From the NCBI GenBank assembly GCA_002383695.1, contig DFZX01000038.1, positions 23,054-87,053 on the forward strand: a DNA stretch of 64,000 bases. Reading direction: 5' to 3'. Below the pieces are notes generated by a model. That model ran no database searches and was not told where the DNA came from. It saw nothing but the letters and a program-made list of their open reading frames with translations. The position numbers and the translations under genes were made by a program. Positions within the stretch are counted from its first letter, which is position 1, and each line of letters begins with the position of its first letter. Source of the DNA: Bacillales bacterium UBA4045. GTDB taxonomy: Bacteria; Bacillota; Bacilli; Paenibacillales; UBA4045. Shown here piece after piece: positions 55,673-64,000 of this stretch.

Positions 55673-56257
55673 GTGGCACAGCTGTATTACAAATATGGAA
55701 CAATGAATAGTGGTAAATCTTTCGAAATCATAAAGGTAGCGCATAATTATGAGGAACAAGAGAAGCCTGTTATTATATTCTCTCCAGCAATCGACACCAG
55801 GAGTGATGTAAAAGAAATTGGGTCGCGTGTTGGAATGACGAGGCCTGCTATTCCAGTGGATGAGCACACAAATTTGTTTGAGAGCGTAATCGCGCTACAA
55901 GCCATTTCTCATAAGCGGCGGATCTATTGTATTCTAATTGATGAAGCACAGTTTCTGAAACGTCAGCAAGTACTTGAGCTTACACAAATTGTGGATGAAT
56001 TGAACATTCCGGTCATGGCGTTTGGACTTAAGAATGATTTTCAGAACAAATTGTTCGAGGGAAGTTATAATTTACTTATATATGCTGATAAAATTGAAGA
56101 AATCAAAACCATCTGCTGGTATTGTGATCGCAAAGCCACGATGGTTATTCGATTTAGAGATGGTATTCCTGTAAATGAAGGTGAACAGATTCAAATAGGT
56201 GGCAATGATGAGTATAAACCAGTCTGTCGACGTTGTTATCATGCAGCATTCGTTTGA
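55673..56257 (+). CDS. tdk: Thymidine kinase
   Basis: P-loop [14 protein letters not shown], and zinc ribbon CWYCDRKA...CRRCY. GTG start after GGAGG. Confidence 0.9.
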   Translation: MAQLYYKYGTMNSGKSFEIIKVAHNYEEQEKPVIIFSPAIDTRSDVKEIGSRVGMTRPAIPVDEHTNLFESVIALQAISHKRRIYCILIDEAQFLKRQQVLELTQIVDELNIPVMAFGLKNDFQNKLFEGSYNLLIYADKIEEIKTICWYCDRKATMVIRFRDGIPVNEGEQIQIGGNDEYKPVCRRCYHAAFV

Positions 56258-56351
56258 GTGAGATGCTTGAAACTGGGAAGGTCGTGTGCTATAATTAAGT
56301 TAGTAACTATATTATGGTTATTATTTTGTGTAAAGAGGAGCTGAATTAAGC

Positions 56352-56912
56352 ATGTATGAAATAGCAATTATTGGAGCAGGTCCTACAGGAGCAAGTGCAG
56401 CACTGTTCGCGGCGAAATCAGGTAAAAAAACAATAATGTTCGATAGTAATCAGAGTGTAACTAAGCGAGCGTGGGTAGAAAATCATTACGGTGTAATGGA
56501 GATATCTGGACCTGACCTTGTAGAGATAGGTAAGAAACAAGCAGAGAAGTTTGGAGCAGCGCTTGTTGAAGCTACTGTGAAGAATATCGTTAAGTCTGAT
56601 AATGGGTTTGTCATCTCTACAGTGGATAACCAATATGAAGCGCAGCAAGTTATCATTGCAACTGGATTGTTCGCAGAGCTTGCAGAGACAATGGGGCTAG
56701 AAATCAAATCAGGTACTGAGCCAAGAATAAAGACGATAATTGCTGTAGATCCAGCTGGTAAATCATCCATTCCTGGAATTTGGGCTGCTGGGACAATCGC
56801 AGGTGTTAGTATGCATACGATCATTACAGCGGGTGATGGAGCGAAGGTTGCCATCAATATTATTAGCGAGCTAAATGGTGAGAGATATGTGGATCACGAT
56901 GTAATGAAGTAA
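56352..56912 (+). CDS. Short FAD-dependent pyridine-nucleotide-disulfide-oxidoreductase-like protein
   Basis: IIGAGPTGASAALFAA dinucleotide-binding motif and C-terminal GIWAAGTIAG. At only 186 aa it is truncated relative to TrxB-type enzymes. Confidence 0.65.
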   Translation: MYEIAIIGAGPTGASAALFAAKSGKKTIMFDSNQSVTKRAWVENHYGVMEISGPDLVEIGKKQAEKFGAALVEATVKNIVKSDNGFVISTVDNQYEAQQVIIATGLFAELAETMGLEIKSGTEPRIKTIIAVDPAGKSSIPGIWAAGTIAGVSMHTIITAGDGAKVAINIISELNGERYVDHDVMK

Positions 56913-56941
56913 TACTGATTAGACTTTCTGGAGGTGAGGAT

Positions 56942-57919
56942 ATGGAACTTAAACCATTAAAAGGCCAGCATCATGTATCTGCAATCACGAATAATGGTAA
57001 ACAAAATTTTCAATTTTACACAAAGGTTTTAGGTCTTCGTTTAGTTAAGAAGACTGTAAATCAGGATGATACCTCTGTTTATCATTTATTCTATGCTGAT
57101 GAGAAGGGTAACCCAGGTACAGACTTAACGTTCTTCGAATTCCCAACTGCGGGACGCACGCAGCATGGAACGAACAGTATATCTAATACATCATTACGGG
57201 TACCCAATGATAAATCAATCCAATATTGGAAGCAACGTTTCGAACAACTCGGTGTTGACCATGATGAGATCACACATGATGCAGGTCGTGCGACAATAAC
57301 ATTCCGAGACGAGGAAGGTCAACGATTGGCACTTGTATCAGACGAGCATAATGTGGGTGTAGCTGGAGGTAAACCATGGGAGAGAAGTCCAGTACCAATC
57401 GAGCATGCGATCATTGGACTGGGCCCGGTCACATTGACTGTATCGCGTCCAGAGCTAACGGTTAAAGTCCTTACGGAGGTAATGGGCTTCCGAGAGAAAG
57501 GGGGTTTCCCTTCGAATCATCCTGGTCAAAGTCCGATTCGTGTTTTTGAGACAGGAGAAGGAGGAACTGGTGCAGAGCTTCATCTAGAAGAGCGCAATGA
57601 TCTTCCGCGAGAACGGCAAGGCAGCGGAAGTGTTCATCATGTTGCTTTTCGAGTGGAGAGCGAGGAAGAATTAATGAAGTGGGTGAGCTACATAACTGAG
57701 CATGGACTATCTAATTCAGGATTTGTAGAGCGCTATTACTTCCGTTCATTATACTTCAGAGAGCCGAACGGGATCTTGTTCGAGCTAGCAACAGATGGAC
57801 CCGGGTTTGAGGGTGATGAGGACTTCGAGCATTTGGGGGAGAGATTAGCTTTACCTCCTTTCTTAGAAGGTAGAAGAGCTTCAATTGAAGCAGGATTGGA
57901 GCCCTTAGAAACCATATGA
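56942..57919 (+). CDS. Ring-cleaving dioxygenase, VOC/glyoxalase family (MhqA/E/O-like)
   Basis: Duplicated VOC modules (HHVSAIT..., HHVAFRV...) and a length of about 325 aa. Overlaps the downstream esterase gene, like mhqE-mhqD. Confidence 0.8.
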   Translation: MELKPLKGQHHVSAITNNGKQNFQFYTKVLGLRLVKKTVNQDDTSVYHLFYADEKGNPGTDLTFFEFPTAGRTQHGTNSISNTSLRVPNDKSIQYWKQRFEQLGVDHDEITHDAGRATITFRDEEGQRLALVSDEHNVGVAGGKPWERSPVPIEHAIIGLGPVTLTVSRPELTVKVLTEVMGFREKGGFPSNHPGQSPIRVFETGEGGTGAELHLEERNDLPRERQGSGSVHHVAFRVESEEELMKWVSYITEHGLSNSGFVERYYFRSLYFREPNGILFELATDGPGFEGDEDFEHLGERLALPPFLEGRRASIEAGLEPLETI

Positions 57920-58524
57920 AACATTTATTCGTACAAGGACAATCTAAGAGTGCGCCTACACTACTACTGTTACATGGTACGGGTGGAAATGAGCGTGATT
58001 TATTAGCACTAGCAGAAATCATAGCTCCACATGCATCTATATTAGGTGTAAGAGGTAATGTTCTTGAGAATGGCATGCCAAGGTTCTTCAGAAGACTATC
58101 GGAAGGGGTGTTCGACGAAGAGGATTTGATCTTCCGAACACAAGAGCTAAACGAGTTTGTAGCTGTTAGTGCTGAGCAGTATGGATTCGCTCGTGAGCGA
58201 GTGATAGCCATTGGGTATTCGAATGGTGCTAATATAGCTGCAAGCTTGTTATATCACCATCCCAACTCTTTATCTGGAGCTATTCTATTCCATGCCATGG
58301 TACCACGCTCTGGTGTTACTATTCCGGATTTAAGTGGTGTCCCTATCTTCGTCGGAGCAGGCAAACGAGATTCACTCATTCAACCTACTCAGACGAAGCA
58401 ATTAATGGAGCATTTGAACGCTGCAGGAGCCTCAGTAACTGAATATTGGACCGAAGGTGGTCATCAATTGTCCATGGAGGAAATCGAGCAGGCCAAAGCA
58501 TGGTATGAGGAAAAATATACATAA
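57916..58524 (+). CDS. Phospholipase/carboxylesterase-family alpha/beta hydrolase (MhqD-like)
   Basis: LLLLHGTGGNE, nucleophile elbow GYSNGAN, and C-terminal GGHQL. Confidence 0.8.
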   Translation: MKHLFVQGQSKSAPTLLLLHGTGGNERDLLALAEIIAPHASILGVRGNVLENGMPRFFRRLSEGVFDEEDLIFRTQELNEFVAVSAEQYGFARERVIAIGYSNGANIAASLLYHHPNSLSGAILFHAMVPRSGVTIPDLSGVPIFVGAGKRDSLIQPTQTKQLMEHLNAAGASVTEYWTEGGHQLSMEEIEQAKAWYEEKYT

Positions 58525-58610
58525 TTTTATCTGGGTATTGAAGGGAATAACAGCCTTCCTGTCGAATAAAGTCGTAGCTAAAACTTTATTCATACGGGAG
58601 AGATGATGTA

Positions 58611-59855
58611 TTGGATCAAAGTCGAGATCAAGCTAAAGTCGTATTACTTGCACTGAAGAACGGAGTTGTCCCTGAGAATATCTCATCCTTCCGTATCGGA
58701 CGAGAGAAAGAGCTGGAGGAGCTAGAACAGAATCTTAATTATGTTACATTTGGGCATGGGATGACCAAGTTTATCGTCGGTGAATATGGCAGCGGTAAAA
58801 GCTTTATGCTACGTGAGATTCAAGAGCGAGCATGGAACAATAACTTTGTAGTAGCCAAGTTTCAGATGGAAAAAGGAGCGCGTATTACCAATTTCCAAAC
58901 GCTGTATTATCAGATCATGCACAGTTTAACAACAAGTGAATCCGAGCATCAGGGAACTAACTTTCAAGAATTATTCAACAAATGGATTGATACTTTGAAG
59001 AGCAATTCAGCTGAAGGCACTGGTAACTCTGCAGAAGTAATTCAGAAAGTTATCTCGACCTTAAACCAATATAATCTATCATTCTCTAGAGCTCTATTAT
59101 TCTATATCCGTGCACGAATTCAAGGTGATCCTACAATGTCTGATGCTGTGGCATCTTGGTTAACGGGTGAACAGAATATTCCTTCTTCGGTGAAGAAAAG
59201 CTTTGAGGTTGTTGGTCACATCGACAATGATAATGCCATACATTTTCTAAAAGCGTTCGTTAAACTTATTAATTTGCTAGGCTACAGTGGTTTGGTTATC
59301 CTCATTGACGAGCTAGAGCTCATTATGAGTGAACGTTCAGATATTCGATTGGCTGCTTATCAGAACCTTAGATATATCGTTGATAATTGCTTTAATGACG
59401 AGCTTAGTCACTGTTTATTCGTATTCGGTGCTACTCAGGAGTGGTTAGATAACGAAGAGAAGGGTCCTCAGGTTTATCCTGCTTTATTCCAGCGTATTGG
59501 ACAAGGTAATGACGCCACCGTGACTGGAGAGGTAGATGTTCGCCAGCCTGTGATGATCTTATCTAAGATGACAGCAGAACACATGCAGGAATTAAATCTG
59601 AAGGTATTGGAGCTCTACCGATATGCTTATGAATTCACTTTAGAAATTAACCCACTATTACTGCAGAGGTGGATGGTTCAGCAGTTCAAGCAAGAGGGCT
59701 TGGAGAATATCAATATTCGGTTATATCTGAAGAAGTTAATCGAGGTATTGGATGTTATCGAACAGAATCCGGATAGTGAAGCCATTAAATCACTAACCCA
59801 TTCTAAGAATATATTTGTAAGTAAAGTACTAAAGTGGTTTAGTAAGTCTGGTTGA
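58611..59855 (+). CDS. DUF2791 / BrxD-like P-loop ATPase (orphan)
   Basis: N-terminal ...ALKNGVVPE...IGREKELEEL... followed by Walker A FIVGEYGSGKSF and Walker B-like LVILIDELE. TTG start after GGGAGAG. The family call is from memory of its N-terminal signature. Confidence 0.6.
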   Translation: MDQSRDQAKVVLLALKNGVVPENISSFRIGREKELEELEQNLNYVTFGHGMTKFIVGEYGSGKSFMLREIQERAWNNNFVVAKFQMEKGARITNFQTLYYQIMHSLTTSESEHQGTNFQELFNKWIDTLKSNSAEGTGNSAEVIQKVISTLNQYNLSFSRALLFYIRARIQGDPTMSDAVASWLTGEQNIPSSVKKSFEVVGHIDNDNAIHFLKAFVKLINLLGYSGLVILIDELELIMSERSDIRLAAYQNLRYIVDNCFNDELSHCLFVFGATQEWLDNEEKGPQVYPALFQRIGQGNDATVTGEVDVRQPVMILSKMTAEHMQELNLKVLELYRYAYEFTLEINPLLLQRWMVQQFKQEGLENINIRLYLKKLIEVLDVIEQNPDSEAIKSLTHSKNIFVSKVLKWFSKSG

Positions 59856-59896
59856 ATATTAATGATACGTACAATACCTAGTTTCTCTAAACGAAG

Positions 59897-59936
59897 GGCT
59901 GCCCCAGTCATTTTGACTAATGGGACAGCCTCTTTT
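59897..59936 (+). terminator. Intrinsic terminator
   Basis: ggctgcccca / tgggacagcc stem (one mismatch), followed by tctttt. Confidence 0.55.
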
Positions 59937-60042
59937 GGCTACTTAAATCTGGAATAAATTTCATTTGGAAATATTAGTGCATCGTAATACCCACTGAAAA
60001 TCTATAAAATTAACGAATATATATAAGGATTAGGAGGTCAAC

Positions 60043-62868
60043 ATGTATAAACTTCATCCCAGAATTATTCATATGAATAAAAATTTTTTCCTTTTTATGA
60101 AAAGTAGAAGAACGCTTCAGGTTATCAAATGGTTTTCTATTTCTATACTAATGGTTGGTTTTCTAAGTATTGGAATCCTATATGGATATGTATCCTCCCT
60201 TGTAGGGAATGAACCTATACGGTCGAATGAAGAAATACGAGAAGCGATATCAGACAACTCGATAACAGGGTATGTTTTTTTCAATGATCAAACGGAAGTG
60301 GGTCGATTAACCTCCGGAGAGGATCGGATGTTAACACAATTAGAAGATATCCCACAGATGGTCATAGATGCAGTTATTGCCATTGAAGATAAGAATTTCT
60401 ATGAGCATAATGGGATGGATGTGAAAGGGACATTAAGAGCAATTAAGCAGCAGATCGGGAAGGAAGATACGCAAACCGGTGGCAGTACGATTACCCAACA
60501 GCTATCTCGTCAGGTGTTCTTAAATTTAGATCAAACGTATGAGAGAAAAGCGGCTGAAATTTTATTAGCTATGCGAATGGAGAGAACGATCTCTAAGGAT
60601 AATATTTTGTTAGCCTATCTGACTAAAATTTATTTCGGTAATGGCTCGGAGGGTAATAATCTATATGGTGTGAAATCTGCTGCTAAGGGAATATTCGATA
60701 TTGATGATCTACATAAACTTCATATAGCTCAAGCTGCTTATTTGGTCGGATTACCGCAGCAGCCGAATGCATTCTCGGCTTTTGATAACAAGGGTGAAAT
60801 AGATACTACAGCACTAGACAAAGCAATTGCTAGGCAACAGCTAGTCTTATTAAGAATGCTTGAAGAGAAGAAAATAACTAAGGATCAATACAAGGAATCA
60901 CTTGAATTTGATATTAAAGCATCGTTGTCTGACTCGAAAGTAAAAATGTATAACTCGTATCCTTTCCTAATGATGGAGATAGAGCGGAGAGCGACCGCAA
61001 TTTTATTAAAGCTAGATCATCCAGAGCTAGTAAAAGGTGATGAGAACTATGAAACCTTATGGGAAGAAGCAAGTGAAAAGCTTAACTATAAAGGCTATCA
61101 AATACACACAACCATTGATCCGATTCTATATACAGAAATGAATGTGATTGCTCAGAACAAAGAATTTTTTTCGGATCATGATCCTGAGAAAGGCCTAGAG
61201 CAGGTCGGAGCCATGATGATTGATAATCATTCTGGGGCTATTCTCAGTATGATCGAAGGACGAGACTTTCAAGTGGAGCAATTGAATCATGCGACTCAGA
61301 TGGTGAGACAACCTGGCTCAGCCATGAAGCCGATTGCCGCATACTTACCAGCTTTAGAAGCTGGATTGATACAGCCAGCAAGTACTATTGATGATGTACC
61401 TATTGTTCTTGATAGTGATGGCGGCAAGCATATTCCAGAAAATTGGGATGGTGAGTTTCATGGTTTAATTACGGCTCGAGAGGCTTTATCATGGTCATAT
61501 AATATTCCCGCACTTAAGCTTTTTAACGATCATGTGGGCATACAAGACGCTTGGACATTCACTAAGAAGTTGGGCATTACTACGATTACCGAAGCAGATA
61601 ACCAAGCGAAGACAGGTGTGATAGGTGGTTTAGCATATGGTGTTTCCGTTGAGGAGCTTACGAATGCGTATGCTTCGATCGCCAATAAAGGTACCTATAA
61701 CCAGACTTATCTCATAGCGAGGATCGAAGATGCTGCGGGTAAGCTTATTTATGAACACCAGCTAGAGCCCACAGCCGTATTCTCTGAGCAAACTGCATAT
61801 TTGATGACGGACATGTTAAAAACTGTAGTTGCGTCAGGCACGGCTGCAGATTTGAAAAAGTATTATAATCATTATGATCAGGCTCCTTTTGTTGGTAAAA
61901 CTGGATCCACTCAGAATAATGCTGATGCTTGGTTTGTTGGTTATACACCGGACATAACCGTTGGTGTATGGGCTGGATATGATCAACCGGTTCATAAATT
62001 AACAAGCAGAGATTGCTCCAAGACCGCAGGCTGCGGCACGTTAAGAGCTAAGAAAATTTGGGCACATATTATGGATGCTGCTATGGATAAACAACAGGAG
62101 TTGTTCGCAGCTAAAGAATTTGTTAAACCAGATCATATTGTATCGGAAACGGTATCCGTGTATTCGGGCAAGCTTCCTACACAAGAACTGCTTGATCGTA
62201 AGGATGTAGTTAAAGATATATTCAATAAAGCTTATGTACCAACTGAATTAGATGATATTGCTGGTATGACGAAATATGTAACGTTCAAGGGAGAGGATTA
62301 TGTGGCGAATCCCCTCACACCAGGTGATATGCTATCGCAGAAATTTATGGTCAGAAGAGAAAAATCGATCTCTGATATTATACAAGAGGTCACAGAAGGA
62401 TTAAAGCTAGTTCCTGCTAAAGATCGAAAATCAATTTCTCATTATTATCCGAAGGATTCTGAACTAGATGGTCCTATCGAGCTTGATCCAAGAATAGATG
62501 ATGGAAGCGCACCTAGCTCACCAGGGGGCTTAACGATTAATAATGAAGGGGACACCCTTACAATCTCATTCCCATTGAATAAGGAAGAGGATGTGATTGG
62601 CTATCGACTATATGGCTCTGACAATGGAGAGACCTTCTCAGCCGTTGGTGGAAAACCAGTGTCCTCACAGTCTGAAGCGAAATTTAGTTTAAATAGCTCT
62701 CAGAATGAGGGGAATTATTATATGTATGTCATGACTGCTGTGGACGTGGTAGGGAACGAATCAGGGATGAGTGATATCAAATTTAATGATCAAAAATCGA
62801 TAGAAGATTGGTTCTCAGAATATTTCAATAAGAAAAATAATAAAGATTCTAAAAATCGTAAACGCTAA
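60043..62868 (+). CDS. Class A penicillin-binding protein (GT51 transglycosylase + transpeptidase) with C-terminal FN3-like domain
   Basis: GT51 motifs EDKNFYEHNG and GGSTITQQ. Transpeptidase motifs SAMKP (SxxK), SWSYN (SxN) and KTGST. The start may be a downstream ATG (MNKNFF). Confidence 0.9.
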   Translation: MYKLHPRIIHMNKNFFLFMKSRRTLQVIKWFSISILMVGFLSIGILYGYVSSLVGNEPIRSNEEIREAISDNSITGYVFFNDQTEVGRLTSGEDRMLTQLEDIPQMVIDAVIAIEDKNFYEHNGMDVKGTLRAIKQQIGKEDTQTGGSTITQQLSRQVFLNLDQTYERKAAEILLAMRMERTISKDNILLAYLTKIYFGNGSEGNNLYGVKSAAKGIFDIDDLHKLHIAQAAYLVGLPQQPNAFSAFDNKGEIDTTALDKAIARQQLVLLRMLEEKKITKDQYKESLEFDIKASLSDSKVKMYNSYPFLMMEIERRATAILLKLDHPELVKGDENYETLWEEASEKLNYKGYQIHTTIDPILYTEMNVIAQNKEFFSDHDPEKGLEQVGAMMIDNHSGAILSMIEGRDFQVEQLNHATQMVRQPGSAMKPIAAYLPALEAGLIQPASTIDDVPIVLDSDGGKHIPENWDGEFHGLITAREALSWSYNIPALKLFNDHVGIQDAWTFTKKLGITTITEADNQAKTGVIGGLAYGVSVEELTNAYASIANKGTYNQTYLIARIEDAAGKLIYEHQLEPTAVFSEQTAYLMTDMLKTVVASGTAADLKKYYNHYDQAPFVGKTGSTQNNADAWFVGYTPDITVGVWAGYDQPVHKLTSRDCSKTAGCGTLRAKKIWAHIMDAAMDKQQELFAAKEFVKPDHIVSETVSVYSGKLPTQELLDRKDVVKDIFNKAYVPTELDDIAGMTKYVTFKGEDYVANPLTPGDMLSQKFMVRREKSISDIIQEVTEGLKLVPAKDRKSISHYYPKDSELDGPIELDPRIDDGSAPSSPGGLTINNEGDTLTISFPLNKEEDVIGYRLYGSDNGETFSAVGGKPVSSQSEAKFSLNSSQNEGNYYMYVMTAVDVVGNESGMSDIKFNDQKSIEDWFSEYFNKKNNKDSKNRKR

Positions 62869-62974
62869 AAGTCATAATTTCCACCCATTATGGGAAACTT
62901 TATATAGTTCGGATTATCCAACTTATAGGATAGCTGATCGAATATAACTTCTTATTCTCATATTGGGAGGATCA

Positions 62975-64000
62975 ATGATTCTAACAACTAAACAACTCAG
63001 AGAACAAGCTCATGAGCTTGCCTTAACGCATGATCTTCATATGACACGAAGAAAGTATCACCAACTACGGAAGTCAGTCACCTCAGATATACAACAATTA
63101 AAATCCTTTGTCGATGATTTACGGAAGCGTCCAACAGCCTGCTCTCAACCAGCAGAGGAATGGTTGCTTGATCATGCTGAGTTTCTTGAGGAGCAGGCAC
63201 TAGTTCTTGAGGATCAGCTCATGGTTCACTCTTTATATCACTTGCCATCTTTACGGAAAAGTGGAGAGCTTCGTATTGTGTCTATATGCGATCACTATCT
63301 GATGCATATGGATGGTGGATTAGAAGAAATATCGTTGCTTGCTTATATGAACTACTATCAAGAGATATCCATTCTGTCCCTAGCTGAGATTTGGGTGACT
63401 CCTCTTGTTATGCGATTGGTTCTGTTCCGCAAATTGGCTCACACCTTAGAAACCATTCAAGAAAGACGAGAAATTTGTATGCTCGTGGAGCAGTGGCTTA
63501 TGCGATTTGAGCCATCGAGGTTAAGTCCTGAAGCGCTAAAGCTAGCGCTTGATGAAGCTGGGTACGACATTCCACTATCGGGTACTATGATTGTTCACCT
63601 AGTCAGTCATCTTCGCGAATGGGCAGATGATACTGCCGTTATTCGAGACTGGCTTATGTGTAAGTTAGAGAATGGTCAAGAAAGCTTGGATCATATTATC
63701 GCTTATGAGTATGAGCTTCAAGCCAATTATCAAATGAGGACAGGCAACCTTATAAGCAGTATGCGAATTCTATCTAGATGGGATTGGCGTGTACAGTTCG
63801 AGCAGCTCTCATTAGTAGATCAGACATTAAGCACCGATCCAACAGGGGATTACCCTTTATTAGATTATGCAAGTCAGGATACATTGCGTAAGCGTGTAGA
63901 GCAGCTCTCCCGCCGCATGCGAGTTCCCGAGAATTTAATCGCAGAGCAGGCTGTTAAGCTATCCATCCAATGTATGGAACAGATACAACACCAGCATTCA
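62975..64000 (+). CDS. 5' part of a large ORF running off the window; N-terminal region resembles cyclic beta-1,2-glucan synthase / GH94-type giant glycosyltransferases
   Basis: ATG 62975 follows GGGAGG and is open for 342 codons to the window end; it is absent from the ORF track because no stop is reached. The AEEWLLDHAEFLEEQ motif resembles the EWLLDNF..IEEQ motif I recall from ChvB/NdvB-like proteins. Confidence 0.45.
   Translation, partial: MILTTKQLREQAHELALTHDLHMTRRKYHQLRKSVTSDIQQLKSFVDDLRKRPTACSQPAEEWLLDHAEFLEEQALVLEDQLMVHSLYHLPSLRKSGELRIVSICDHYLMHMDGGLEEISLLAYMNYYQEISILSLAEIWVTPLVMRLVLFRKLAHTLETIQERREICMLVEQWLMRFEPSRLSPEALKLALDEAGYDIPLSGTMIVHLVSHLREWADDTAVIRDWLMCKLENGQESLDHIIAYEYELQANYQMRTGNLISSMRILSRWDWRVQFEQLSLVDQTLSTDPTGDYPLLDYASQDTLRKRVEQLSRRMRVPENLIAEQAVKLSIQCMEQIQHQHS

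Noticed and set aside
1-64000. Scan for mobile elements, prophage, CRISPR-Cas, toxin-antitoxin pairs, tRNA/rRNA
   Set aside because: I recognised no transposase, integrase, recombinase, cas, phage structural or classic TA gene signatures, and no tRNA- or rRNA-like sequence. The Tad-like locus shows no flanking repeats or obvious compositional break by eye, so a horizontal-transfer origin cannot be asserted from this window.

Overview
The window looks like a chromosomal segment of a moderately AT-rich Bacillales-type Firmicute, probably Paenibacillaceae-like. This rests on the ccpN-yqfL-yqxD-like synteny, kapB, hprK, mhqE/mhqD-like genes and a Bacillus-type Fnr with a C-terminal Cys cluster. 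I count about 55 credible CDS. I saw no rRNA or tRNA genes, no CRISPR array, and no transposase or integrase. The content is mostly housekeeping or conditionally useful. It includes DNA repair genes (mrfA-mrfB, then an Fpg/Nei-nfo pair), three ABC-F ATPases, and an fnr / GAF / NarL-type two-component block. It also has a K+/H+ antiporter, hprK, tdk, quinone-detoxification genes, a class A PBP, and the 5' end of a giant glucan-synthase-like gene.

The standout is a 10.8 kb, tightly coupled 11-gene Tad/Flp-type pilus operon at 8074-18902. It encodes a TadZ-like protein, a CpaF ATPase, TadB, TadC, an Flp prepilin, two TadE-like pseudopilins, a TadG-like protein and an A24 prepilin peptidase. The operon opens with an apparently active Hanks Ser/Thr kinase. 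That kinase is fused to a second, degenerate MinD/TadZ-like domain ending in a MinD-style amphipathic tail. The operon closes with an FHA-domain (phospho-Thr reader) protein. One processed pseudopilin carries a C-terminal domain whose sequence pattern resembles restriction-endonuclease-fold toxin or DNA-binding modules.

Secondary candidates:
- An alr + PF04392-like binding protein + giant sensor-like/MFS fusion + permease-less PhnC-like ATPase cluster (24858-30556).
- An orphan DUF2791/BrxD-like ATPase (58611-59855).
- A repeat-rich 700 bp non-coding island with a ~170 nt hairpin (4356-5055).
- A promoter-to-hairpin ~320 nt non-coding stretch (45798-46150).

All functional calls come from motif reading by eye. 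No database search was run.
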